Shown here one piece after another: positions 49,889 through 59,596 of a stretch of DNA of 64,000 bases. A program made the translations under genes and the position numbers. The notes under the pieces are model-generated. The model did not search any database and had not been told where the DNA came from. It saw only the letters and a program-made list of their open reading frames with translations. The first letter of the stretch is position 1. The number at the start of each line of letters is the position of its first letter. Source of the stretch: a virus (lineage: Duplodnaviria; Caudoviricetes); the IMG/VR virus record IMGVR_UViG_3300031555_003117, positions 10,140-74,139 of that record; one strand, 5' to 3'.

Positions 49889-50791
49889 TCATTCTGAAAT
49901 TGATAGCGTCTTAACTTTGTCGTAGTACCTCTTATTTCGCTGTTTTTTATATTCAATCTCGGCTTTGTTTTGACATGCTGGGCAACGTTTGCTGCGATTA
50001 TTCTTTGACTTTAGCCAGAATAGATCTCCGCAGTCGATGCATGTACCAGCTTTTACGATTTGTGGCTCAGGGTCTTTGCATATTGCGCAATATTTCCTTA
50101 TTTGGTTCTTGCTTCCCTTAATCAAAATGCCGCATTCAGCGCAATGGACGAAATTTTCGCCCTTGTATTTGCGATACTCATAGCCAAGTTCTCTAAAATC
50201 CGAAATAAAGAGAACTCCGTCTGATTCCTCATCGAGAAATTCAACCCTGTAACTTGCATTGAACATATTTGACAACCTGATTAGCCCTTTTCGATAAAGA
50301 GTTTCTATGCGTCCATGTCGGTCGCCGACAGGATCGGTAACTCTTGCGATGCCAAAAACTTCTTTGTCGCTTGTGCGCACCCAATTGTCATTCTTCGGAT
50401 TGCATCTGTTGTTGAATTTGGCTATGCAGAGCATGGTAAACATCAGGCGCTCTAAAACATCATCGTTCAACGACTTAATGACGTCAAGCTCGCTTGCAGT
50501 AATCCATACGCCGTCTACCTCTCGCAGAGGATATTTGGATGCATTCTTAGCCATCCTCTCAATTAAGCTGTCCCAGTACGACCTATCTTGCGAATATTCG
50601 AAAATGTGCTTTGATACAAACTCATGTAGCGCAGATTCGATTCTTTCGCGCTTATAGCCTTTGTGATGGTAATAATACTTTGCAATCGTAAACAGCGCTG
50701 CCATTGGCTTAACCTTTGGCAGACCATATTTTAAACAATCTTCGGCATATTCTTTTTCATTCAGAATAATCATAGTATTCCTCCGTAACAA
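49889..50791 (-). CDS. Hypothetical protein with C-terminal Zn ribbons, coupled to the RNA polymerase gene
   Basis: CAECG..CAIC..CIDCG..CPAC; overlaps the RNAP stop codon. Confidence 0.6.
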   Translation of the reverse strand: MLRRNTMIILNEKEYAEDCLKYGLPKVKPMAALFTIAKYYYHHKGYKRERIESALHEFVSKHIFEYSQDRSYWDSLIERMAKNASKYPLREVDGVWITASELDVIKSLNDDVLERLMFTMLCIAKFNNRCNPKNDNWVRTSDKEVFGIARVTDPVGDRHGRIETLYRKGLIRLSNMFNASYRVEFLDEESDGVLFISDFRELGYEYRKYKGENFVHCAECGILIKGSKNQIRKYCAICKDPEPQIVKAGTCIDCGDLFWLKSKNNRSKRCPACQNKAEIEYKKQRNKRYYDKVKTLSISE

Positions 50792-51618
50792 CGTGCTCCG
50801 TCATATTGAAATAATTACCTGCGTACATGAATTCACCCATATCATCTGTTTTAATGGGGTAGTGGATAACCGTACGATCTTTATTCGCAAGCCTTTTCAA
50901 TAACACATCACCTACAACATCCCAAACAAACTGCTTAGAATTTTCTTTCGTGTAGCACATATCCAATATAATATCGCACAAATCATCACTGTTTGTACAA
51001 ACTCGTGAGCATTCAGACCTGAAAAACTGTTGTATTTGCAATCTGAACATGTAGAAATATTCCTTGTCTACTTTTTCGGTCTTTGCCTTTATCGCAGCCT
51101 TCATGAGCCTATTGGTGTAATTATTATAAATATCTGATACATCGTTGAAGTATTTTCTAGGAGTTATTGTGTCACTCCTAAGAATAGAGTAGTCAAATTC
51201 GATATCCTTTAAACCGGACTCTTTAAAGGATTTGAATTCTCTCTCAAAAATCCAACAGATACGGTTTATAACACAAGGATTTTCACCGGTGGGGTTGTAT
51301 CTGTTATATCGATCAAGAATTTCCATCATTTCATCTGTCTTAGATTCATATGCCTGCAAATCCTTGATACTCTTGATTCCCAATGAAAAATATCGTCTAG
51401 CTGCAAAGGCTGTACCATTTTTGATATGATCCTTGTATTCTTTTTTGAGCGAGGGATAGATGTAAATCATGAAATAGGGCTTCCGCTCTGCTGAAATGGA
51501 GCGGTTAAACTCCTTCATTGCAACTACATCTGGATCGTCACCATCTTCAATTTTCATTCCTCTGTTACTATACCAGTATTCGGGCATAGGTTTTGCGATA
51601 ATGCCCTTTGCCCTATCA
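50757..51618 (-). CDS. YonO-like RNA polymerase, exon 2
   Basis: DRAKGIIAKPMPEYWY... continues exon 1; spliced product is 927 aa. Confidence 0.8.
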
Positions 51619-52705
51619 CCTTTATACCCTCGGTTTCCCGATATTTAGTAGGGGAGTAGACTATATCATCATCTTATTGACAAATCAATAAGAGCAAGGC
51701 GCTTCCCTGCAGGACTTTCACCTGCGCGGTACGAACTTCATCTTCTGAATCAGAAGGTTTGTTCTAGTCGTTAGACCTTCTGCAACATCGCTGTCGCAGC
51801 TTGGCACTGGATTATCATGCGTATGGTTTATATAGCATCTTTCCATCGTCGATATGTCGCAATTAAATAAACAGTGTGCCGAGGTATGCCTGTAATATCT
51901 GCAATTTCAGAATACTTCTTACCCTCTTTTTCATGTAAGAATCTTATTTTTCTCACATCATCCAAACTGTATTTTGCTCCATTTTTATTATTTTCCATCT
52001 TTCTTTTTGATTCCTCAGACCAAGTATATCCTCTGCTCTTTTCAGACAGCATTTCGCCATAGGATTTACGTTCCTCTGCACTCATGCTTGCAAATCGTCT
52101 TTTCTGAGACTCTGACATCTTTAATTTGGTCTGTTCTGACAATTTCCGGCCAGTCATATTCATTCGATTTTTAGCGCCTATCTTTTTCTTGGTTTCCTCA
52201 GATAAGTGCTTCCCTAAATATAACCCTTGCGAACCACCATCGTGTATATTATAAGCCATCCCCTGTTTCTTATATTTAGCGATTTCTGACATTTCCAACG
52301 CATCAATGTTTTTAATATCATTCATCGAGGTACAATCATGTAATATTACAAACTCAAATGTATCTTCGCCAAATTTCAACCAATCGGATTGCAAATCAGA
52401 ATTGCTGTGTTTGTTTGACCTTAAAAGAGCTTTATGGTGATCCCATCTATCGCCAAAGGAATTCATCGTTTTTCCAACATAAATCTTTTTGTTTGCTCTG
52501 TTTCTTATGCCATATATTCCATAGGTTTTATATACGCTCATATTATCACCTCTATTGATAATATAAACCATACGTTTAGACTTCCCAGTTAGCCGATTGA
52601 TTAACCGCCATTTCCTGCGGCGACTATTCGCTCAATCGACACCTTGCATTTGCAAGTTCACCTTGTTTTTCAATACATATCACTATGTAAAGCGACTATA
52701 TACAA
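51619..52705 (-). mobile_element. Group I intron in the RNA polymerase gene (1087 nt) with a GIY-YIG ORF
   Basis: Guide GTCG pairs with exon CGAT (G.U); core GTCTAACGACTA and GATATAGTC; the ORF is looped out by an 11-bp stem CGTATGGTTTA/TAAACCATACG. Splicing gives QQNTI-DRAKG. Confidence 0.88.
51828..52541 (-). CDS. Intron-encoded GIY-YIG homing endonuclease with NUMOD3-like repeats
   Basis: YGIYGIRN..NKKIYVGKT...RW.HH; HLSEETKKKI/LSEQTKLKMS repeats. Confidence 0.88.
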   Translation of the reverse strand: MSVYKTYGIYGIRNRANKKIYVGKTMNSFGDRWDHHKALLRSNKHSNSDLQSDWLKFGEDTFEFVILHDCTSMNDIKNIDALEMSEIAKYKKQGMAYNIHDGGSQGLYLGKHLSEETKKKIGAKNRMNMTGRKLSEQTKLKMSESQKRRFASMSAEERKSYGEMLSEKSRGYTWSEESKRKMENNKNGAKYSLDDVRKIRFLHEKEGKKYSEIADITGIPRHTVYLIATYRRWKDAI

Positions 52706-54627
52706 ATCGTATTTTGCTGGTAATTTTGGCCGCACATGATGCGGTAGCTCAATGCATCGTATTCCTTCGTACCTGGCTTAAATCCGGCTTGTTTTTCAAT
52801 CATGCTGGTTACATGGTTGGTTACTACGCCGATATCGTCATTGAAGGCAAGTTTGTTCGCCTGAATAATGTCGGCCTCTTCGACAATTTTCTTTTCTGCC
52901 TTGCGCTGCATGCACATGATAGTAGGGGAGTTCAATGTGCGCCTGAGCAGAATAGGATTATCCGTACACATGTTAGTGTCGCCATCGAAGTCGCTGCCGT
53001 TCATCGCTTCGCATGCAGTGTCCCAAGCGTTGTAAATCAGAGCAGTTTCGATATACTGATACCAATGCAGCGCTTCACTACTGGAACATAGTTTCATCTT
53101 ACGGATGTTGTTATGCGCGGTCATTGGAGCCCTGAAGCAAACCAGCTCCGTTGCCCCTTTGTCTATCCAATACTTATGATAGATCTCCTGCCTTTTCAGA
53201 AGTCCGGTAATCTCCATCCCGAACATACTCTGACATAGCGCATATGGATCGCCAGAGATCATCGCATAATTGGCATTTACACGAATCGTGCCGTGCTTGG
53301 CCTTCTGGATGCGATTAGAAATCATCCTCCAGACCTTCTTGCGGATATATGGATCATTAATCATCCGCTTATCAATCATGAGAGCCTTGATATAAGAATC
53401 AAATTCCGCCCGATCAATATTGTCCTCATTCAAGCCGTAGCCGACCAGAAATGCAAGCGTCTTCCTGTAATCTAAGCCCAGCACGTCGTTGATCTCGTCT
53501 ATCGTAGGCTGGCACAATTCCTGCAGCTCTTCATCTGTGAAAGTATAGCTCTGCAAAAACTGATAATTGGTATCACGCACATGCTCCAATTCCATCGGCG
53601 TTGTCTTGGTTACAGAAAACTCGTAGTGGTTTTTCTGGCAATTGGCGTAGTAATCCTCCCAGCTCTCATAGCAGTTCCAGAGCTTTAGCATTGAAGCGGT
53701 AAGAATTACTTCTGCGTCGCGCACATCGCGCTTATGTCCCCAAATATCTGTGATCTCATAAGTTCCAGCTACTTTCTCGGCAAACTCCACGAAGTCGAAG
53801 GTGTAAACCATTCCCTTTGTCCATGAATACCGCGTATTCATACCAGAGATCGTATGCTCGCCATCGCCTGTCAGATATTCATTTACACGTCGAGAGTAAG
53901 AAGGAAGCATTAAACCATACCCATCTGAGTCATTATGCTCAACGGGATAGTCCTTTTCAAACGTCATTACTGGCTCCCCGTCCGCCTCGTCATTGATTAG
54001 AATTACGTCATCCGTAAAATGCGTAATGCAGTCATCTACTACGATAAATCCTTTGGGGTCTGGAAGTGGGGTAGAACCAGAACAGATCAGCGCCTGATAT
54101 GCTTCCAGCTTGGCAGGCACCAGAGGTACATCCTTGTTGCGTCCATTATCTAAGCGTCGCTTCAATTCTGGATAAAGCTCTTCGTTGACGTAAACAATGG
54201 TTGAGTTCTTGATTCCGCCATTGGTTCCGAGGAATCGCCGATAGCGGATGCCATTGATTGAGAATCCCAGATTGGCACGGTCGTAATCTTTATTTGAATC
54301 CATGATGATGCAGACATAATCCTTCTGGAACTGAAGCGCATAGAGCGCATCATACAGGCAGTTGATTACTGCGCGAGTTTCCTTGCTGCGTGGTTTCTTC
54401 TTTTCTGCGCGGATTTTACGATTAATTTCTGCAATCTTGATTTCTGGTTCTTGAACGCCATTAATCTCATCAATAAAGCGTAGTACCTGGCTGTCGCTTA
54501 AAGATACAACAGTTTCCGGATTATTGCGCATTACTTCGCTCAAGTTAAGTGTCAGATCCCATTTTGCTCGCTTCAGCTCTTTGCTGTGCAACTTAAATAT
54601 TAGTCTATGATAGCCTTTCTGCTTCAA
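52706..54627 (-). CDS. YonO-like single-subunit (RdRP-fold) DNA-dependent RNA polymerase, exon 1
   Basis: FRAPM...NGSDFDGD catalytic motif at 52978-52992; DGYGLM; SPbeta-like genomic context. Confidence 0.85.
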
Positions 54628-54644
54628 CTAACACACCCCCGCCT

Positions 54645-55004
54645 TCATCGTTCAAGCCATACTCTGAAACAACGTAGGTGTGGAATCCATTCGGTTCTTA
54701 GCCTCTCATGTTCAAAGCGCAGCAGCTCAGTGATCTGGTAGATGTAAAAACAAAAGTCTTCTTCACCAGCTCGTATAAAGCGAAGGATATCGTTAATGAA
54801 CTTACAGTATTGCTGCCAAAGAGTTTCGCCATAATAAACGTGATCTTCATTGGCATAATTCTCAGTTCGTACCATGCGCTTTCTTTTTGCAGGTTCAACC
54901 ATCATGCGCATTGCCCGAAACTGTGTCTGCCATTGTTCTGGTGTCATGGTAGAATCAGGCTGTCTCTGATTCAAGTTTACTTTTTTTAGATCAATCTTGT
55001 CCAA
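54645..55004 (-). CDS. Hypothetical protein
   Basis: 119-aa ORF with RBS AAGGAG. Confidence 0.55.
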   Translation of the reverse strand: MDKIDLKKVNLNQRQPDSTMTPEQWQTQFRAMRMMVEPAKRKRMVRTENYANEDHVYYGETLWQQYCKFINDILRFIRAGEEDFCFYIYQITELLRFEHERLRTEWIPHLRCFRVWLER

Positions 55005-55046
55005 ATCATTTTTATATCTCCTTATAGGCTGACTGATTATTTAGGA

Positions 55047-55718
55047 TCAGCCGAGTTGACTGGCAAGGATCATATTAATACCTCGTCGCGTTTCCACTAG
55101 CCAGTCATAGGCGCTGTTCGTTCGGTCATGTCTATCTACAAATATTCTTACATTTGAATGCCAATGGCCGTCGCAGTCTTTGTACCTGGGAAGTTCCTCA
55201 CTGTGCAGAATACCGAGATCTTCAAGCGTCCGTATGCAGTTGGAGAGGCTTCGTACAGATATTCCAATTTGGTTTGAGATGCGCTTGAGCAAATTGGAGT
55301 ATACCCGTGGTCTTCCTGCGATATGGAACATATGACATCGCACACATGCCAGCATGAGTAAAACATGCGCATGGTTCATACGCTTACCTTCTCCACAAAG
55401 AAGCTTTCGATAATTGACAATCTTGAAAAACTCGTCCCGGTAGATAATACCAAAACAGTCTGCTCGATTAACCGGTACAACGTTACCGGCGTCCTTGTAT
55501 AGAAATTTGCTGGTATATAAATACATCAGCGTATCTTGTACTTGCTCCATTGCAGAATCTTTGTGTCGGTTCAGCTTGCTGTAACCGCAGAATTCCACAA
55601 AGTCATCGAAGCAGCTCCCAGTCCAGTCAAAGAAGATCGCAGATAGGAATATCAATACGCGCTTGTCTCCAATGTCCTGCTGTTCAATCAGCATGCGCGG
55701 TACTTTGATGAATTCCAT
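55047..55718 (-). CDS. Winged-helix DNA-binding protein
   Basis: KRISNQIGISVRSLSNCIRTLEDLGIL is HTH-like; RBS AGGAGG. Confidence 0.55.
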   Translation of the reverse strand: MEFIKVPRMLIEQQDIGDKRVLIFLSAIFFDWTGSCFDDFVEFCGYSKLNRHKDSAMEQVQDTLMYLYTSKFLYKDAGNVVPVNRADCFGIIYRDEFFKIVNYRKLLCGEGKRMNHAHVLLMLACVRCHMFHIAGRPRVYSNLLKRISNQIGISVRSLSNCIRTLEDLGILHSEELPRYKDCDGHWHSNVRIFVDRHDRTNSAYDWLVETRRGINMILASQLG

Positions 55719-55719
55719 C

Positions 55720-56960
55720 TCTCAACCTCCTTGTCTTCATTACCTGAGATGATTATACCACAATTAGTAAATATGTCAAGTGTTTACGGGAAATATTTTC
55801 ATTTTGTGAGGTAATTGCACTTCCTTAGATATAAATACATATTTGTATATTATATATATTTGTAATACATACACTATTATATATATTATACTCGTATATT
55901 ATATATTCTTCTAATACATATATATAATAGTGTATTCCGCTTGCAACTTCAATTTGCTTGAATAATAAAACCAGAAAGGAAGTTTTTATAGTGATTCTTG
56001 CAGATGAATTTCGTTTTGAAACAGATATCTTTTAAGCCTTCCATTCTCCACGTCGCTTTTGCTCCATGTCGAATGGAAGGTAAACCGCTGTTTTATTCGC
56101 ACATCTATTGACCAGCAAACTTTGCGGTTTGATGATCCAGACAAAATACAAGAATTAATCCAAAGTGTGAATTCAGAACTATTCTCCGAAAATTTGCCGA
56201 AATCTAGCATGATAAAAATTGCGAACTTTGCGGATTATTGAATCGTTTACCAGAATTTCGGGAAATTTCGTTAATTACCAGATATTATGCGATGTTTGCT
56301 AGTTTGTGAAATATAAAAGTGTGATTTCGATGATATGCGAAGTTTGCGGGAAATGTGAGATAGAAGAGGTTATATTGGAATTTTATTGAAAGTGTGAATT
56401 TTTGAGTGAGTGAGTGAAGGAGAGCACATTATACTGTTTCCGGTGATCGGGAATAAACCCAGGATGTAAACATCTCCCCCCCCTATATAGGGTTATATAA
56501 CCCGCAAACATAGCCAGTTTAAACGCAAGTCTGAAATAGTACAAAAAACAGACTTACAAAAACAGGGTTTAAACCCATGTTTCATCCTATGCAGAAATTA
56601 GAAGTATAGAATAAAATGGAATCATAAACATATGAATATATGTTCATATGTAAAATGTTCCGGTTTTGAAATTCGCATATTCCCGAAAAATGAAATTGAA
56701 ATTGTTTTTCAATTTCAAAAATTCGTTAACACGTTAACCGTTAAACATAATTCACACATCCATACAATCTAGTATTCAAAACCATAATCATCAATTTTAA
56801 CCCGCATAAAAATAATCCCTTCTATATATACGCAAACACGAAAAAAAATTCTTGAAAAAAATATCAAGAAAACTATTGACAAACAATATAAAACGTGCTA
56901 TTATCTAATTGTCGCAAGGACAACGGCGCAAAACACCGACAAAATGAAAAGAGGTAAACA
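55720..56960. other. AT-rich non-coding strand-switch region with palindromes
   Basis: No credible ORF; gene orientation flips here; several perfect palindromes. Confidence 0.6.
56876..56904 (+). promoter_or_regulatory. Sigma70-type early promoter
   Basis: TTGACA, 17 nt spacer, TATTAT upstream of the first plus-strand gene. Confidence 0.7.
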
Positions 56961-56962
56961 CG

Positions 56963-57247
56963 ATGCAGATTAAAAAGGCAATGCTAAACAAGCTCAACGC
57001 AATCGCCTGCAAATATTCCCGGTGGGCTGAACCTTCCGAAATTCGTGCATTCTGGCAAGAGCTTAATGCAATCGGTGTTGACGTTGAACCGCTTACTAAC
57101 AGGCGCGACAACGGCGCTGGCTCCTGGCGATGCATTGCAAACTATAGCATTAACGGCGAACAAGTAGAAAATAGTGCGCTTGTATATGCAGTATATGAGG
57201 GAAACCTGGATACAATCCGCAACGAATACACAATTTATTTTTCTTGA
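56963..57247 (+). CDS. Early hypothetical protein
   Basis: 94 aa; RBS AGAGGT. Confidence 0.6.
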   Translation: MQIKKAMLNKLNAIACKYSRWAEPSEIRAFWQELNAIGVDVEPLTNRRDNGAGSWRCIANYSINGEQVENSALVYAVYEGNLDTIRNEYTIYFS

Positions 57248-57292
57248 AAACATGTCAAGAAAAGGCACGACAAAGAAAGTGAGGTTAAACCA

Positions 57293-57601
57293 ATGTTTGA
57301 ACATATTATAACTGTTGGTCTGTTTGATAAGGATAGCAAGCGCCAGGAAGTAACTACAATCGATGCATACAAAATCATTACAAACATTTTCGTTAACGCT
57401 GGCCTGTGCGCCACAATTCTTGAGGCTCAAGGCATTTACCAGCACGACAGCGGCGAAATTGTAATAGAGCCGTCGCTCCGGGTTGAATGTGCAGGCGCAA
57501 CCAAAGAACAAGTTTTAACCTGTATCCGACAGATTAAAGCCGCGCTCAATCAAGAATCTGTTATGTATAAAGTAGTTAAATCTGAAATCGACTTTGTTTA
57601 A
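57293..57601 (+). CDS. Early hypothetical protein
   Basis: 102 aa; RBS GAGGT; stop abuts the hammerhead. Confidence 0.65.
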   Translation: MFEHIITVGLFDKDSKRQEVTTIDAYKIITNIFVNAGLCATILEAQGIYQHDSGEIVIEPSLRVECAGATKEQVLTCIRQIKAALNQESVMYKVVKSEIDFV

Positions 57602-57654
57602 AACCCCTGAAGAGTCTTTGAGAATTAAGACGAAACCCCGTAAGGGGTCGGGTT
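57602..57654 (+). ncRNA. Type I hammerhead ribozyme
   Basis: AACCC-CTGAAGA-GTCTT(loop)AAGAC-GAAA-CCCC(GTAA)GGGG-TC^GGGTT: full consensus core and three stems; predicted cleavage after 57649. Confidence 0.9.
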
Positions 57655-57994
57655 AAACTGCGATCCTTAAAAACTGCAAACCTGCTTTTGAAACTACTTG
57701 AAAAAGCTATATGCAGGCGGTAACGCTCCAGAACAACTGCGGCGGCGGCATATGGCAAAACAAGCAAGTCACACAGGGTTAAACCCTGGGCAGGTATTAT
57801 AAACGCTGTGCAATCCGGCACAGCATGACACACGACATACTAACGACGTTTTGAAATTCTTTTAGAACCGCTTGAGCCTGAAAGAATCACAAGCACGGTC
57901 AGACTATAACAAAGTACCGTTTGCGAAATGCTCTGTAGTTGGTTTAGGGCTTGACATTCAAACATAACGCTTTCAGGCGGTTCAATAAAGCATT

Positions 57995-58396
57995 TTGAAA
58001 GGGGTTAGAACAATGTACAGCTTTAAGGTAGAATATCAGTATAACGCCAGGTTAGACGGTATCAACGGCGTTTTTGAAGGGATGCGCTTTATCAGCGTTA
58101 CAAACTTTGAAGATGTTGAAAACCTGATTTCACAGCTTGCAAAGATTGCAAGGCGCTGCACGTCCTTCCAGTTTACTTTTATACTTTACGACACGAATAG
58201 AAGCAACGACAAAGCTTTAGGACGTATTACAGAATATTACCAGGACGGAAAAAGCTGTTTGCGTTTTATCGCCTGGGATGCTGCAAATTCCTGTGATATT
58301 GACATAACAGAAACCGCAAAAAAGCATATCAAGGTTTTTGTGTTGCGCATGATCGACAAATACAATAGGGAAACAGAAGAAAACGCCAGGATATAA
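57995..58396 (+). CDS. Early hypothetical protein
   Basis: Probable start at MYSFK (58013) after RBS AAAGGGG. Confidence 0.55.
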   Translation: MKGVRTMYSFKVEYQYNARLDGINGVFEGMRFISVTNFEDVENLISQLAKIARRCTSFQFTFILYDTNRSNDKALGRITEYYQDGKSCLRFIAWDAANSCDIDITETAKKHIKVFVLRMIDKYNRETEENARI

Positions 58397-58427
58397 CCCG
58401 GCGTTAGACTGCCCGAAAAAGAATTGA

Positions 58428-58697
58428 TTAACTTTTGTCTAGTTTTTTAGAGCATTCCAAGATCGTATTTGTTCGATAGTTGGCGGTAATCTCGCAATCG
58501 TTTTCAATAAGGCCAAATCGAACAAGCACATTAATTAATATTTCCGCTGCGGCTTCGCTTCCGGCTTGCTGTGCAATATTAATTATTTCTTGGTTCTTCG
58601 CGCCTAGCGCTGAAATACGATCTTTGTTTTGCTGTGTAAATTGATTGTTTAGGAATTCCTCTATAAAAGCTCGGTATAATTCGCTTTTCTTAATCAT
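58428..58697 (-). CDS. Small antisense-oriented gene with its own promoter
   Basis: RBS GAAGGAG before MIKKSELY; upstream TTGCAT-17-TAAAAT on the minus strand. Confidence 0.55.
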   Translation of the reverse strand: MIKKSELYRAFIEEFLNNQFTQQNKDRISALGAKNQEIINIAQQAGSEAAAEILINVLVRFGLIENDCEITANYRTNTILECSKKLDKS

Positions 58698-58932
58698 GAA
58701 AAAATCTCCTTCTATGGCTTCGGACAGTTTGTAAAATTTTACCACACCTTAGAACGTAATGCAAATATAATTTTATTTTGATGCTTGACACCAGATGCCG
58801 CCGCGTGGAAGATGCCGCCGAAACATGAAGAAGTTGAAGGAAGAAGCGCCCACCGCACGCGCTTACATGGAAAGATGCTTGACCGTACCCGCCCACTATG
58901 GCGCGGAAGAACTGGTATATCTGGCACAGTAA

Positions 58933-58995
58933 CAGCCGAAACGGGGGAAACCCCGTCCGCAGGAATTGCCCCACCTGCGCCGATGATGGCAGGGC
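58933..58995 (+). ncRNA. Variant type II hammerhead-like motif
   Basis: GCC-GAAA-CGGGG(GAAA)CCCCG-TC-CGCAGG(loop)CCTGCG-CCGATGA-T-GGC. Stems are exactly positioned; the core has C at U4 and one extra U. Confidence 0.55.
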
Positions 58996-59017
58996 GAAAA
59001 GACAGGAGGAAAAATAA

Positions 59018-59593
59018 ATGAGTAATTGCTATAACCTGGATGGAATTTTGACCGCGCTTAATAAGGAGATCGCGGAAACCGTCGCCCTGCTGGAATCCTG
59101 GAAGAAAGTAACCTTTGCCACGAAGAAGGACGGAAAGCCCTTCGCGGTCATGAGCAAGAATATTGACGGTGCAAGGTATGATAAATATCCTTATGGTTCG
59201 CAGGCTGGACAGTATAACATCGGTGTTACTGCATGGTCGGAATCCTGTGGTTATGTGAATGACACAATCGACCTTTGGTGTCAAGTGCGTTACTTGAAAA
59301 ACCCTGCACAGATTGCAAAGACGGAAAATTATATGCCCGTTGTTCCCGGCCTGCATCAGATTTATAAGTACGATCTGGAGGACATTAAAGCCGCTGTAAA
59401 TGACCACATTTCCCAGCTTGAAAGCAAACTTGCAAGCCTGAACGAACAGAAGGAAACTGCGCACGCTGCATTTACCGCTTTCCGTGCAGCTTATGCGGAT
59501 GCTATCGAAAAGCTCAAGGAAACCATAGGGGAAGGAACCACGCTCTATTATAACGTGCTGGACACTGTAAAACAGGCTTACCCGTATTGCTAA
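59018..59593 (+). CDS. Early hypothetical protein
   Basis: 191 aa; RBS AGGAGG. Confidence 0.65.
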   Translation: MSNCYNLDGILTALNKEIAETVALLESWKKVTFATKKDGKPFAVMSKNIDGARYDKYPYGSQAGQYNIGVTAWSESCGYVNDTIDLWCQVRYLKNPAQIAKTENYMPVVPGLHQIYKYDLEDIKAAVNDHISQLESKLASLNEQKETAHAAFTAFRAAYADAIEKLKETIGEGTTLYYNVLDTVKQAYPYC

Positions 59594-59596
59594 CAA

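Noticed and set aside
57930-57965. GGTTTAGGGC resembles a pistol ribozyme loop
   Set aside because: P1 is weak and there is no downstream CCCTAA pseudoknot partner.
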